From: Octopus sinensis
Lineage: Eukaryota
Length of the DNA: 64,000 bases
Direction of reading: 5' to 3'
Assembly: GCF_006345805.1 (NCBI RefSeq)
Contig: NC_043006.1
Span: 13,826,001 to 13,890,000 of the forward strand
The notes beneath the pieces are model-generated. The model was not told the origin of the DNA and made no database searches. It saw only the letters and a program-made list of their open reading frames with translations. This document shows positions 12,949 to 24,559 of this stretch, piece after piece. Both the position numbers and the translations under genes were made by a program. How positions within the stretch are numbered: the stretch's first letter is position 1; every line of letters starts with the position of its first letter.

Positions 12949-13134
12949 TACAGGCAGACAGTTAGAAACAGAGACATAGAAGGTGAAAGAGAGAGATATC
13001 ATTATCTCTCTCTCCGTTGCTCTCTTTCTCCAAAACAACTAAGTAGAAACGGTGTTGAATAATTCTGAAAATAAATCCTATAAAGTGGAAGAAATTCAAC
13101 AGCTTCAAATGCTAAACTATTAGTCACAACATAT

Positions 13135-13367
13135 AAGGCGGCGAGCTGGCAGAATCGTTAGCACGTCGGGTGAAATGCTTAGCGTTATTTCGTCTGCCGC
13201 TACGTTCTGGGTTCAAATTCCGCCGAGGTCGACTTTGCCTTTCATCCTTTCGGGGTCGATAAATAAAGTACCAGTTTCGCACTGGGGTCGTTGTAATCGA
13301 CTTAATCCCTTTGTCTGTCCTTATTTGTCCCCTCTATGTTTAGCCCCTGGTGGGCAATAAAGAAATA
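13135..13367 (+). mobile_element. SINE family C with 17-bp TSD
   Basis: Full head, body and tail. TSD TATTAGTCACAACATAT at 13118-13134 and 13368-13384. Confidence 0.92.
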
Positions 13368-13514
13368 TATTAGTCACAACATATGTGTGTGTGTGTGTGT
13401 GCGTCTGTCTGTTTGTCTGCCTGTCTGTGTATAAGTATTTAATAAATCGTATAGTATACACCTGGTAATTTGCCGGCAAAGCACGTTCACTGGCTTACTG
13501 TTCGTTGTGTACGT

Positions 13515-14490
13515 AATTAATGAGAGAGATGGAAGATACGAAAATCTTTATTGGGATCTTTTCGCTTTGACCGGCAGTTTTTTAAAATAATTTCTTTGTA
13601 ACTAAAAAATGTTAAACTTCGTATACTGGTAGAATGTTTTTATAAAACATCTTTTTCTCTTGGGTTTATTGAGAAAATTCTGTAGTTTGTTGACAACGCT
13701 CCGGAGAAATTGTTTTCACCTCAATAGACGTCATTGATTGGTTGAAATTGCCGAAATGCAATAAATTGAAGACCAAATAGCTTACAAACTACAGAATTTT
13801 CTCAAGAGAAAAAGATGTTTTATAAACACATTCTACCAGTATACGAAGTTTAAAAGTGTTTAGTTACAAAGAAATTATTTTAAAAGTCTGCCGGTCAAAG
13901 CGAAAAGATCCCTTTATTGATCACTACCATTGTTTTTGGCCCATCTAGCATCGATCTCTCGCGGCTGGAATACTGCACAACTGGTTCAGGTGTATCCGTT
14001 GGTGACGCCTCCAGAAGCGGCATCGTATCACTGGTCATTGATCGGCACCGAATTTATCAATACCTACTTCAGACCACGCATCTATGTGTGTGTTTGTATG
14101 TACGTATGCATTTGTACGAGCGTGTGTACGTGCGCCTGACCACGTATATCTGAGCGTTTGTACGGTTATATGTAATAATTTCTTTTTCGCTGTATTGTGT
14201 ACTTGTTTCCCTTTGTATTGACCATTGATCTTCTATAAGAATGAAGCATTTTCCTTTAACTTGCTATTTCTATCTACGAAGACCAAGAAGAAAACATGAA
14301 GTGATAAGTTGTGCGAAACAAACTTTATTTTGAAATCACCTGAGGAAATACATCTACACCGATGGATACAGCTAAACCAGTAGTGAAGTATCCCACCCGC
14401 GAGGGATCGATGTTAGACCGGTCGAAATAATTGTGGTAATCAATAATGATTCTCGTATCTTCCATCTTCTCTCTCCCTCACTCGTTAATT
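13515..14490. mobile_element. Inverted PLE-type terminal repeat pair with decayed tandem HHRs (14337-14437)
   Basis: 13515-14005 (interrupted by the MITE) is the reverse complement of ~14360-14490. TCAC-CTGAGGA...AAACCAGTA-GTGA is followed by CCAC...CCGGTC-GAAATAATT-GTGG. Confidence 0.65.
13553..13912. mobile_element. MITE with ~140-bp TIRs and 6-bp TSD
   Basis: GGGATCTTTTCGCTTTGACCGGCAG...CTGCCGGTCAAAGCGAAAAGATCCC flanked by TTTATT on both sides. Confidence 0.9.
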
Positions 14491-14497
14491 ACATACA

Positions 14498-14551
<54 letters not shown>

Positions 14552-14754
14552 CATACATGCAAAGACACGTAGTGTATTATATATATTGATAGGGTAACAG
14601 CTGATGCATTGGTTCATCATGGTTAAGTTCAGATTGTAGGGATGCTGAATATGTGCGCGTGTGCGTGTGTATGTATTTTTGTGTGTGTGTGTGTGTTGGT
14701 CAAGAAACTTGAAAGTTTGAATTCAGTCTTTTGGAGGAGATGAGTATACTGAGT

Positions 14755-14835
14755 GTCTTGAAGCGGTGTTGGTGATGTGTTCGGTCCACTTGATATCCAA
14801 GATGCGTCTCAAATTACGAAGATGGAAGAAGTTGA
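14755..14835 (-). mobile_element. RTE-clade LINE fragment
   Basis: Minus strand encodes FHLRNLRRILDIKWTEHITNT, the RTE/BovB-type RT C-terminal motif. Confidence 0.6.
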
Positions 14836-14955
14836 GACGCAACTCTCACTGTCTCTCTCTGTCTTTGACAGTGGACTTTCAACATCAACAACAGGGTAAT
14901 TTTGTTTGTTGGTATGTATGTACGTATATATGCATATGAAAATGTATATATATAC

Positions 14956-15006
<51 letters not shown>

Positions 15007-15435
15007 GGCGCAGGAGTGGCTGTGTGGTAAGTAGCTTGCTTACCAACCACATGGTTCCGGGTTCAGTCCCACTGCGTGGCATCTTGGGCAAGTGTCTTCT
15101 GCTATAGCCCCGGGCCGACCAATGCCTTGTGAGTGGATTTGGTAGACGGAAACTGAAAGAAGCCTGTCGTATATATGTATATATATATATGTGTATGTAT
15201 GTGTGTGTATGTGTTTGTGTGTCTGTGTTTGTCTCCCTAGCATTGCTTGACAACCGATGCTAGTGTGTTTACGTCCCCGTCACTTAGCGGTTCGGCAAAA
15301 GAGACCGATAGAATAAGTTATGGGCTTACAAAGAATAAGTCCCCGGGATCGATTTGCTCGACTAAAGGCGGTGCTCCAGCATGGCCGCAGTCAAATGACT
15401 GAAACAAGTAAAAGAGTAAAAGAGAGTAAAGAGTA
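15007..15435 (+). mobile_element. tRNA-derived SINE family A (internal microsatellite, CR1-like tail)
   Basis: GGCGCAGGAGTGGCTGTGTGGTAAG...GGGTTCAGTCCC...GGCGGTGCTCCAGCATGGCCGCAG...(GTAAAAGA)n. More than 10 copies or fragments occur in the window. Confidence 0.9.
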
Positions 15436-15526
<91 letters not shown>

Positions 15527-16143
15527 GTGTGTGTGTTAGTCAAGAAACTTGAAAGTTTGAATTCAGTCTTTTAAGACGGATATTCAATGTCGAGAGACGA
15601 AAATAGACAAAATTCAGGAATAAGAAGTCTTATGATGGGTTCAAAGCAAGCGAAGTTTCTCTTAATTAAAGTCTGGCGTCGGTCTTTTAACTCATTCCTT
15701 TTATAAGTGTATCAAAGAATTTTACCATTGTGTTATAGTATTTCTGTTGAAATACATTCCTTTTGTTTCAAATAACTTTGAAAATAACGAATAAGTTAAT
15801 AAAACATCTGCATGCATTATTAACCTGGTGTTTGAAAGGTAAACTAATTTGAAATATTAACATTAGATCACGTTAAAACAGGAAGTTTGTATCGCAGAGC
15901 CAGAGGTGGTCTCAGGCAAGTAGTAATCAACAAACTGCGCTTGATGCGCCAAATAAGCTAAATCAGTAAATTACAGTTAAATAAATAAGTAAATTACGGT
16001 TCAAATCAGCTGACATTTTTCAGCTCACAAGTATGAAACCTAAAGACGTATTATTGCGACAAAAATCCTATAATTTTTAATTGTATTTGAATATTGATGT
16101 TTGTACAATTTCTCGTGTAATTTATGCATTTATGTGTATACGT

Positions 16144-16442
16144 GTGGAGGCGCAATAGCCCCGTGGTTAGGGCAGCGGACTCACGGTCGGAGGATCGCGG
16201 TTTCGATTCCCAGACCAGGTGCTGTGTGTGTTTATTGAGCAAAAATACCTAAAAGCTCCACGAGCTCCGGCAGGGGATGGTGGTGATCCCTGCTGTACTC
16301 TTTCTCTCACGCTTTCTTCTGTTGGCCTGCTCGCTTAGCCAGCGGGGTGGCGTCGTTCGAAGGCTAAAGCAATGCGAACGCATTGTGACCAGCGATGTGT
16401 AGCAACATCTGATGGTCTGGTCGGTCACGTGATCACGTGATG
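16144..16442 (+). mobile_element. SINE family B
   Basis: Same tRNA head as 6107. Tail CATTGTGACCAGCGATGTGTAGCAACATCTGAT...GTCACGTGAT. Confidence 0.88.
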
Positions 16443-16839
16443 TGTATACGTATCCATGCGCCCCTTATATACTTTTATCCTCGTATAACTGTAACTCCAA
16501 TGGATCTTCATCTTCTTCTGCATTCGTGTCCTCCTTTTATCCTTTATTGTACCCTACCATCTCCTAATTCTGGGGTTATATAAACAGTATGTATTACAAA
16601 TGGCTTTTAGTACGGTCTCTACAATTCCACAGAGAAAACATTGATAAAAGTTGATTTTTAATTGTCTCCTTAAGTAAATCTATCATTTTTTTTATCATTT
16701 ATGCTAGAGTGTTACCCATTATATGACAGGTAATTTTGTGAGTATTATTTTGCTACCAAAGGTTATATAAAAAAATATGCACAAAAAATGTAATTTAATT
16801 TTACGAAAAATATTATTACCTCAAAAATATTTACTACCT

Positions 16840-17252
16840 ATTTCTTTACCACCCACAAGGGGCTAAACACAGAGGGGACAAATAAGGACAGACAAATGGA
16901 TTAAGTCGATTACATCGACCCCAGTGCGTAACTGGTACTTAATTTATCGACCCCGAAAGGATGAAAGGCAAAGTCGACCTCGGCGGAATTTGAACTCAGA
17001 ACGTAAAGGCAGACGAAATACCTATTTCTTTACTACCCTCAAGGGGCTAAACACAGAGGGGGCAAACAAGGTCAGATAAACGGATTAAGTCGATTACATC
17101 TACTCCAGTGCGTAACTGGAACTTATTTAATCGACCCCGAAAGGATGAAAGGCAAAGTCTAACTCGGCGGAATTTGAACTCAAAACGTAGCGGCAGATGA
17201 AATACCACTAAGCATTTAGCCCGGAGTGCCAACGATTCTGCCAGTTCGCCGT
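16840..17252 (-). mobile_element. SINE family C, dimeric
   Basis: Reverse complement of family C with a duplicated body and tail. Confidence 0.88.
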
Positions 17253-17561
17253 ACGGTGAAATTATTGTGAGGAGTGGGGTGTCCGAACAGAGACCCTCAT
17301 CGGAGTAAAACTTACAGGAGGGGGAAACACAGCACAGTATTACATCTGTTATGTTTGAGAAACTGGTTGGAATTGATGAGAAACTCGAAACAAGGTAAGC
17401 TTTATACGCAGGCAGTTTCTCAAGCAGCATTTTAAAATGTTACTACTTCACTTTCATTTTCTTCGTGCCATCTTTAGTGTACAGAAATATTCTGTGCGAA
17501 ACGTTGGGTACTCCACTCCAAATAGCAAATTCATTGTACGCTTTCGGTGACTTCTTTCAAA

Positions 17562-17953
17562 TCTATATATATATAAAGCTGAAGTTGTCTGCGTGTGGCA
17601 GGTTTGGTAGCCTTCAACTAACACTATCTCCTCCGAGACCCTGCGACGCAAGTTGACCAAAATTAAGATTATGATAGAAGAAGGCTTCCTCTTCCTTCCA
17701 TTGAAGAAAAAATTCAAATCGGACAATGTTAACACCAAAAATTATTTACATCAAACAAGTGCTTTTTTTCTATGAAAATCCCCATTTTTTAACGATTTTT
17801 TGACTGCTGTGTCGTCAATTTTGGTGTATTTCAACCAGAAAAATGTTCACTGAAAGAGAATAACAAGCTACATAATGCAAAATTTTTACTTTTCAAAAAT
17901 TCCAATTCTAAAGGGTAGAAACAAACCCGAGCAACGCCGGACGATACTGCTTG
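17562..17953 (+). mobile_element. Non-autonomous Helitron (second copy)
   Basis: Closely similar to 7458-7846, with a TC start and 3' hairpin. Confidence 0.8.
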
Positions 17954-18319
17954 TTATATATATATAATACACCTTTCAATTCCAAGACGATATCTTTAGA
18001 GAGAATGCGTTCTTCATTTGTTCTTTCTCTCTTTCTCCCTCCTTTCGCTCTCTTTCAGTCTATTACCTACTTCTCCCTTTCTATGCATCCTACTTTCCTG
18101 TATAGCTCTCCACTATTTCTTCTTTTTCCGTCTCTTCAAAGAATATTATTCGAACAACTTGTTTTGTAATACGAATCTTAATTTGATGCAAACCTTTCTT
18201 CTGTGCACAATTGTTCTGTGCGGTTTGTTTTGTTGCATACATCGCTGTTTTCCTGAGCTCCATCTTAGTCATAATGATTTAAATCTATTATAATAATAAC
18301 TCCTTGAACTTCCAGCCCG

Positions 18320-18356
<37 letters not shown>

Positions 18357-18449
18357 CAAACGAGCATACACACACACATAAATATTCGATGTCATTGGCT
18401 TCGGTTTTCTGTCTTGCCAGCAAAATGCAAACGTTCAGTCTGTCAACAA

Positions 18450-18935
18450 TCATCTCTCCCTCTCTCACTTTCTTTCTCTCCTTCTTTCTCTTAAATTCTC
18501 CCGTTCTCCCTCTCACTCCTTCTTCCCATTTTCCTCTCTCTCTCTCTCTCTCTCTCACTTTCTTTCTCTCCTTCTTTCTCTTACATTCTCCCGTTCTCCC
18601 TCTCTCCCTCTTCTCTCCCTCTCCCTCTCTCTCCTCTTCTCTCTCCTCTCTCTCTCACTTTCTTTCTCTCTCTCTCTCACTTTCTTTCTCTCCTTCTTTC
18701 TCTTACATTCTCCCGTTCTCCCTCTCTCTCCCTCTTCCCTTTTTCCTCTCTCTCTCTCTCTCTCACTTTCTTTCTCTCCTTCTTTCTCTTACATTCTCCC
18801 GTTCTCCCTCTCTCTCCTTCTTCCCATTTTCCTCTCTCTCTCTCTCTCTCTCACACACTTTCTTTCTCTCCTTCTTTCTCTTACATTCTCCCGTTCTCCC
18901 TCTCTCTCCCTCTTCCCCCCTCTCTCTCTCTCTCT
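18450..18935. repeat. CT-rich minisatellite (about 5 imperfect units)
   Basis: Recurrent unit CACTTTCTTTCTCTCCTTCTTTCTCTTACATTCTCCCGTTCTCCCTCTCT. Confidence 0.9.
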
Positions 18936-19234
18936 AATTAATAATCGGGTAAGACACGAACAAAGCACAATCAAAGAGGGAAACAGCAAGTATATTACGA
19001 AGTCAACGGATTTATTGATAAGAAGGAAACAAAACGAAATAAAAGGAAATAAATTTAATGGAGTACAGATACATATTCTTTGGCAAAGAAGGCAAAACAG
19101 AAATAAGCGTAGAATACGTAAGAGAAAAATTAATATCCCTTTATATGTGCCCGTATGTATGTTTGCTTTTGTGTGCGTGAAATCGTTTTATATATGTACA
19201 ACAAGCGTCGGAGACTGAATGAAATATTCTTTTA

Positions 19235-19488
19235 TTCTTTTATCCTTTTATTCTTTTTGATTGCTTCAGTCGTTCGACTGCGGCCATGCTGGAGCACCGC
19301 TTTGAGGGGTTTTTTAGTCGAACAAATCGGCTCCAGCACTTATTTTTTTTTTAAAACCTAGTACTTATTCTATCACTCTCTTTTGCTGATCCGCTAAGTT
19401 ACAGGGACGTAAACATACTAACACCGGTTGTGAGGTGGTGATGGGGAGCAAACACACAGACACACACGCGCACACACACACACACACA

Positions 19489-19537
<49 letters not shown>

Positions 19538-19720
19538 TATTTATATATATATTATACAACGAGCATCTTTCAGTTTCCGTCTAACAAATCCACTCACAAG
19601 GCTTTGGTCGGCCCGAGACTACAGTTGAAGGCACTTATCCAAGGTGCCACGCAGTGGGACTGAATCCGGAACCTCGTGGTTGGGAAACAAGCTTCTTACC
19701 GCACAGTCATGCCTGCGCCT
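19235..19720 (-). mobile_element. SINE family A (older copy)
   Basis: Diverged reverse complement of family A. Confidence 0.85.
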
Positions 19721-20335
19721 AAGGGGAAATGTTTGAGATATATTTTGTGTATATGTGTGTATGTATGTATGTATGTATGTATGTATGTATGTATGTATGT
19801 ATGTATGTATGTCTATCTATGTACCACGTGTGTTTGTATGCAATGCGTGCGGATAAAGGTAGAAAGGGAGTGATGAAGTATAATGAATATTTGAGAAAAC
19901 CAAGTTTGTTATTAATACTGTAAAGAAGAGCTGCATTTAGATGGAAAGTCAGACACTGTTCACGTGGAGCCAAGGACAGTACGTATCACAGAGATGTAAG
20001 CGTGAGTGAAACAGAGAATGATAGTAATATGTCTGAAGACTGAAGTGATATGAATTTATTGCGTCAGACATACAACTACTATTTTCAGAAATGAAACGTC
20101 CAGCAGGCGATCAGTTGTCCCAACGTTGAGTGACAGAAAACATGGAATTTTATACAGTAGATGGCGTACTTTTGTTATGTGCAAATATAGTGATCCATGA
20201 TATGGAAAGAAATTTCGAATGGCATGGTTTATCTCCAACGCCTGTCACACACACTAACATATATAATAGACACAGAAACATACACAAACACGATCATACC
20301 CATACACAGGGCTAATTCACATATATTTATCGATA

Positions 20336-20567
20336 AAGGCGGCGAGCTGGCAGAAACGTTAGCACGCCGGGAGAAATGCGTAGCCGTATTTCGTCTGCCG
20401 TTACGTTCTGAGTTCAAATTCCGCCGAGGTCGACTTTGCCTTTCATCCTTTCTGGGTCGATAAATAAAGTACCAGTTTCGCACTGGGGTCTATGTAATCG
20501 ACTTAATCCCTTTGTCTGTCCTTGTTTGTCCCCTCTATGTTTAGCCCCTTGTGGGTAGTAAAGAAAT
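20336..20567 (+). mobile_element. SINE family C with ~17-bp TSD
   Basis: Flanked by ATATATTTATCGATAAA on both sides. Confidence 0.92.
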
Positions 20568-21158
20568 ATATATTTATCGATAAACTTCACACCTAATTAT
20601 TTTCATTTCCACTGATTATCGTAACCTCATGAATCACATACACGCACAAATACACACGCACGCACGCACAAACACATCTGCACACATACATACACACATG
20701 GATACATATGTACACAAACCCCTGCCTCACATCACTTCTTCTCTATGGTACACAATATACATGTGATATGTGTGTGGGTGTGTCTCTATGTGATTATAAA
20801 TCACCTCATTTGTTAACTCCCAAACCACTTGCTGCTTTCCTTCGCTAAAAACAATTCTCTCGTTCCTATTAATTATTTAAACATCCTATATTGTTCACTT
20901 AAGAACGTCTTTTTTGTCACAAGCCAACACTTTTTTCTTGCACTTCACACTTTTTTCCCGACTTAAAACATAAAATTATTTATAACTTGTCTTCCTTCCT
21001 TTCCTACACACGGTTAAATACATTTACTTTATATTTGTTTGTTATTTTGATTATTTCATTTCATTTTTGCGCTTTGCTCGTGTCTAAGTTATTCACAGAT
21101 ACTAAACGTATAGTATTTACAAGTGAAATGGGCTTTCGTCACTAGTTTTTGGTTGTCC

Positions 21159-21198
21159 CACACTGAGGACGGATAACATCCAGAAACCTAGGTCTGTG
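21159..21198 (+). ncRNA. Type I hammerhead ribozyme motif
   Basis: CACA-CTGAGGA-C-GGAT(AAC)ATCC-A-GAAA-CCTAGG-TC-TGTG. GUC triplet and palindromic stem III. Confidence 0.8.
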
Positions 21199-22054
21199 AG
21201 TATCGCGTAAAGCTAGAGATGGAAGCGATGACCTCCCTTGCAAATGCTATACGGACACAACTGCGTGTCAAAAGCCAGCTGGAAACGGTATTTTCTTGGG
21301 GCTAAACAACAGTAACATGTCCTTTGTAGGGCTACCACATTCTGTTGGCACATAAATATTACCATCCGGCACTGTTACTGTATATCCCTCACTCAGAGAT
21401 TTAAAACAAGTCATTTTTCTTTATACGAGATCAGCGACTGTGTATCGCTTAAAAAGAATATAGTATTTACAAGTTAAGAGCGTTTCGTCTCTAGCTTGTG
21501 GTTTCTCACACTAAATAAGGCTTTTGTAATATACTGAAGAGGGATAGATATAATCGGTTTAAATGGTACTGTATATCTCTGGTAAAACTTCGCTTTGCAA
21601 CTAATCAAAAGAGATTAAAAACTATAGTTTCCACCAGGAAGTGACTTAGGCTTAATCACTGTGAGATTAAAAAAAAAACATTTATAAAACAGCGGTCGGC
21701 TCTGCTAGTTTTAACACTAACGTAAGTTTCATCACTGTGAAGCGGATAAAGTCATTATCCCTCTGTACTACGATCCGACCCTTTTGTTGCTTGCTTTGCA
21801 AGGAATCGGATTAGCAGTCTGATCTGTATTAATTCCCTCCTGTAAGTTACGATCATGGGTTTTGCCAACTTTCCCAAACCAACCTCTAAAAACTCCGATA
21901 TATTTCGGTTTGGGATAAGCAATGTAAAATATAAGATGAGCTCTTCGTTAATTGAGGTCGCAGACCAAGTCTCACTTTTCAAAACCTCTCCGAATGTTGT
22001 ACGAGATAATAAGACCAGAACGTCTAAAAATCCATTAAAATATAAAAGTGACAT

Positions 22055-22273
22055 ACTCTTACTCTTTACTCTTTTACTTGTTTCAGTCATTTGACTGCGG
22101 CCATGCTGGAGCACCGCCTTTAGTCGAGCAACTAGACCCACCCCAGGACTTATTCTTTGTAAGCCTAGTACTTATTCTATCGGTCTCTTTTGCCGAACCG
22201 CTAAGTGACGGGGACGTAAACACACCTACATCGGTTGTCAAGCAATGCTAGGGGGACAAACACAAACACACAA

Positions 22274-22306
<33 letters not shown>

Positions 22307-22425
22307 AATATATACGACAGGCTTCTTTCAGTTTCCGTCTACCAAATCCACTCACAAGGCATTGGTCGGCCCGGGGCTATAGCAGAAGACACTTGCCCAA
22401 GATGCCACGCAGTGGGACTGAACGT
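22055..22425 (-). mobile_element. SINE family A, 5'-truncated
   Basis: Reverse complement of family A lacking most of the head. Confidence 0.88.
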
Positions 22426-23106
22426 GGCATCTTGTTTATTTTTCTAGTTTTCTGTTTTTCTAGCTATGTAACAAAATAATTCTACTGCAGAACAGATATT
22501 GGCCTCTCAACGACGAGCTAGAACTCGCTAATTTCAATAAACAGACGCAATTAAAAAAAATTAAAATGTTTGTTTCTGAATCGTATGTGTATAAGAGAAA
22601 AAGAAATGAAACATGTTTCATTTCTTCTTCTCTTATACACATACGATTCAGAAATTACTTTTAACAATAAGGGAAATTCACTAATGATATAAATAGAACA
22701 TCCTGAAGAGCATCACCCGTGAGATATAAAGGTATAGACGTGTGCGTCTCCTGGTGAAAGAAGAAACAGCCAATTTGAATAGTTAGCTATATTTGAAAAT
22801 TCAGTTTACTGTTTACATTGAATTTTAACGGAAACGGAAATATTCTGTTAAGGGAAAATACTTTCTTTTCTTTATAAATTATATACAGAATACTAATTCT
22901 CTCTACATTTACATGAATTAAAATAATTTACAAATAATAGGCAGTATTAATACAGGTAAAAAAATGGAGGAATAACATTATGTAAATTATGAAAAATATA
23001 TTATACCGATAGATAGATACATAGAGAGAGAGAGAGAGACAAACAGACAGACAGACAGATAGACCGATAGACAGATAGAGAGAGAGAGATAGACAGACGG
23101 ACAGAC

Positions 23107-23151
<45 letters not shown>

Positions 23152-23164
23152 CATACATACATAC

Positions 23165-23211
<47 letters not shown>

Positions 23212-23577
23212 CGTATACATATAAACATATATACACTCGGGAGAATACGAGTGTGGTTCAGTGGTAAGAAGCTAATTTCCGAACCATGGTGTTCCGCGAT
23301 CAATCCCTGTATGAAGCATCTTGGACACGTGTCTTCTATAGCGTAAATTTCTTTTACGTGCGGTATATAACTCCTCATACATTTTTTTTTAAACTTTCAG
23401 AAAACTTTTGCGAATTTGTTTCTACACACAGAAAATCAATATCTTTCTCCCCATAAGCACATTCCATGGTCTATTGTTGAGATTGAAGACAAAAGTTCCG
23501 ACCGTCCGTATTTTAAACTGAGATTCTTTAAAAATTCCAAAAATCGAAAACAAAAATATTTTTTTGAATTTCGAACA

Positions 23578-23812
23578 CTTACTCTTTTTACTCTCTTTTA
23601 CTTGTTGCAGTCATTTGACTGCAGCCATGCTGGAGCACCACCTTTAATCGAGCAAATCCACCCCAGGACTTATTCCTTGTAAGCCTAGTACTTATTCTAT
23701 CGGTCTCTTTTGCCGAACCGCTAAGTTACGGAGACGTAAGTTACGGGGACGTAAACACACCAGCATCGGTTGTCAAGCGATTTTGGGGAGTCAAACACAG
23801 ACACAAATATAT

Positions 23813-23878
<66 letters not shown>

Positions 23879-24042
23879 GACAGGCTTCTTTCAGTTTCCG
23901 TCTACCAAATCCATTCACAAGGATTTGGTCGATCCAATGCTATAGTAGAAGACACTTGCCCACGGTTCCACGCAGTGGGAATGAACCCGGAGCCATGTGG
24001 TTGGTAAACAAGCTACTTACCACATAGCCACTCCTGCACCTA
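23578..24042 (-). mobile_element. SINE family A
   Basis: Full-length reverse complement. Confidence 0.88.
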
Positions 24043-24347
24043 ATTTTTTTTTTTTAATTTAAAAAAAATTTTTTGTTTGCATAATCGTATGGATTCCCTT
24101 GTGTAGAACAAGTTCATAAAAGTTTTCTGAAGATTCTAAAAAATAAAATATATATATATATATTTAATGAAATCCTAATATTTTTATGAACTTTTTAATA
24201 TTTTCTCAAGATTTTTCCTTCTGAACTATTTTTAACATTTTCTCATTGTTATCAAAGAATGTATATATGTATTGAAATATTTTGTGACACAACAAAGATT
24301 TTACAACAAAGATTTTACAACAAAGATTTTACAAAGCTTTTACATTT

Positions 24348-24391
24348 TACTTTTGACAATCTTTTTCTAAAAAAGTGAAACCGGTCAAGTG
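24348..24391 (+). ncRNA. Decayed HHR motif
   Basis: TACTT-TTGACAA-TCTTTTT/AAAAAGT-GAAA-CCGG-TC-AAGTG. The core differs from CTGACGA by two transitions. Confidence 0.55.
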
Positions 24392-24491
24392 AATAAACAT
24401 CTTTTAAAATTGCATTTTCAAACCATCTTTCACATATATCTCCACTAGTGCGGTAGCTTACAACTTCACTTTGTTATGTGTGTGCGCGCGC

Positions 24492-24526
<35 letters not shown>

Positions 24527-24559
24527 TGTGTGTGTGTGTGTGTATGTGTGTATATGTAC

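Noticed and set aside
21228-21320. HDV-like ribozyme or SECIS reading of the UCCCUU...GGCUAA module
   Set aside because: No valid P3/P1 spacing and no 3' GA quartet. The 5' segment pairs better as the base of the HHR rod.
21755-22094. Non-repetitive ORFs on both strands
   Set aside because: No recognisable domain, and the start lies in a SINE. I cannot support a coding call.
22700-22775. CTGAAGA...GAAACAGC HHR candidate
   Set aside because: The cleavage triplet and stem I partner are missing, so it is too decayed to call.
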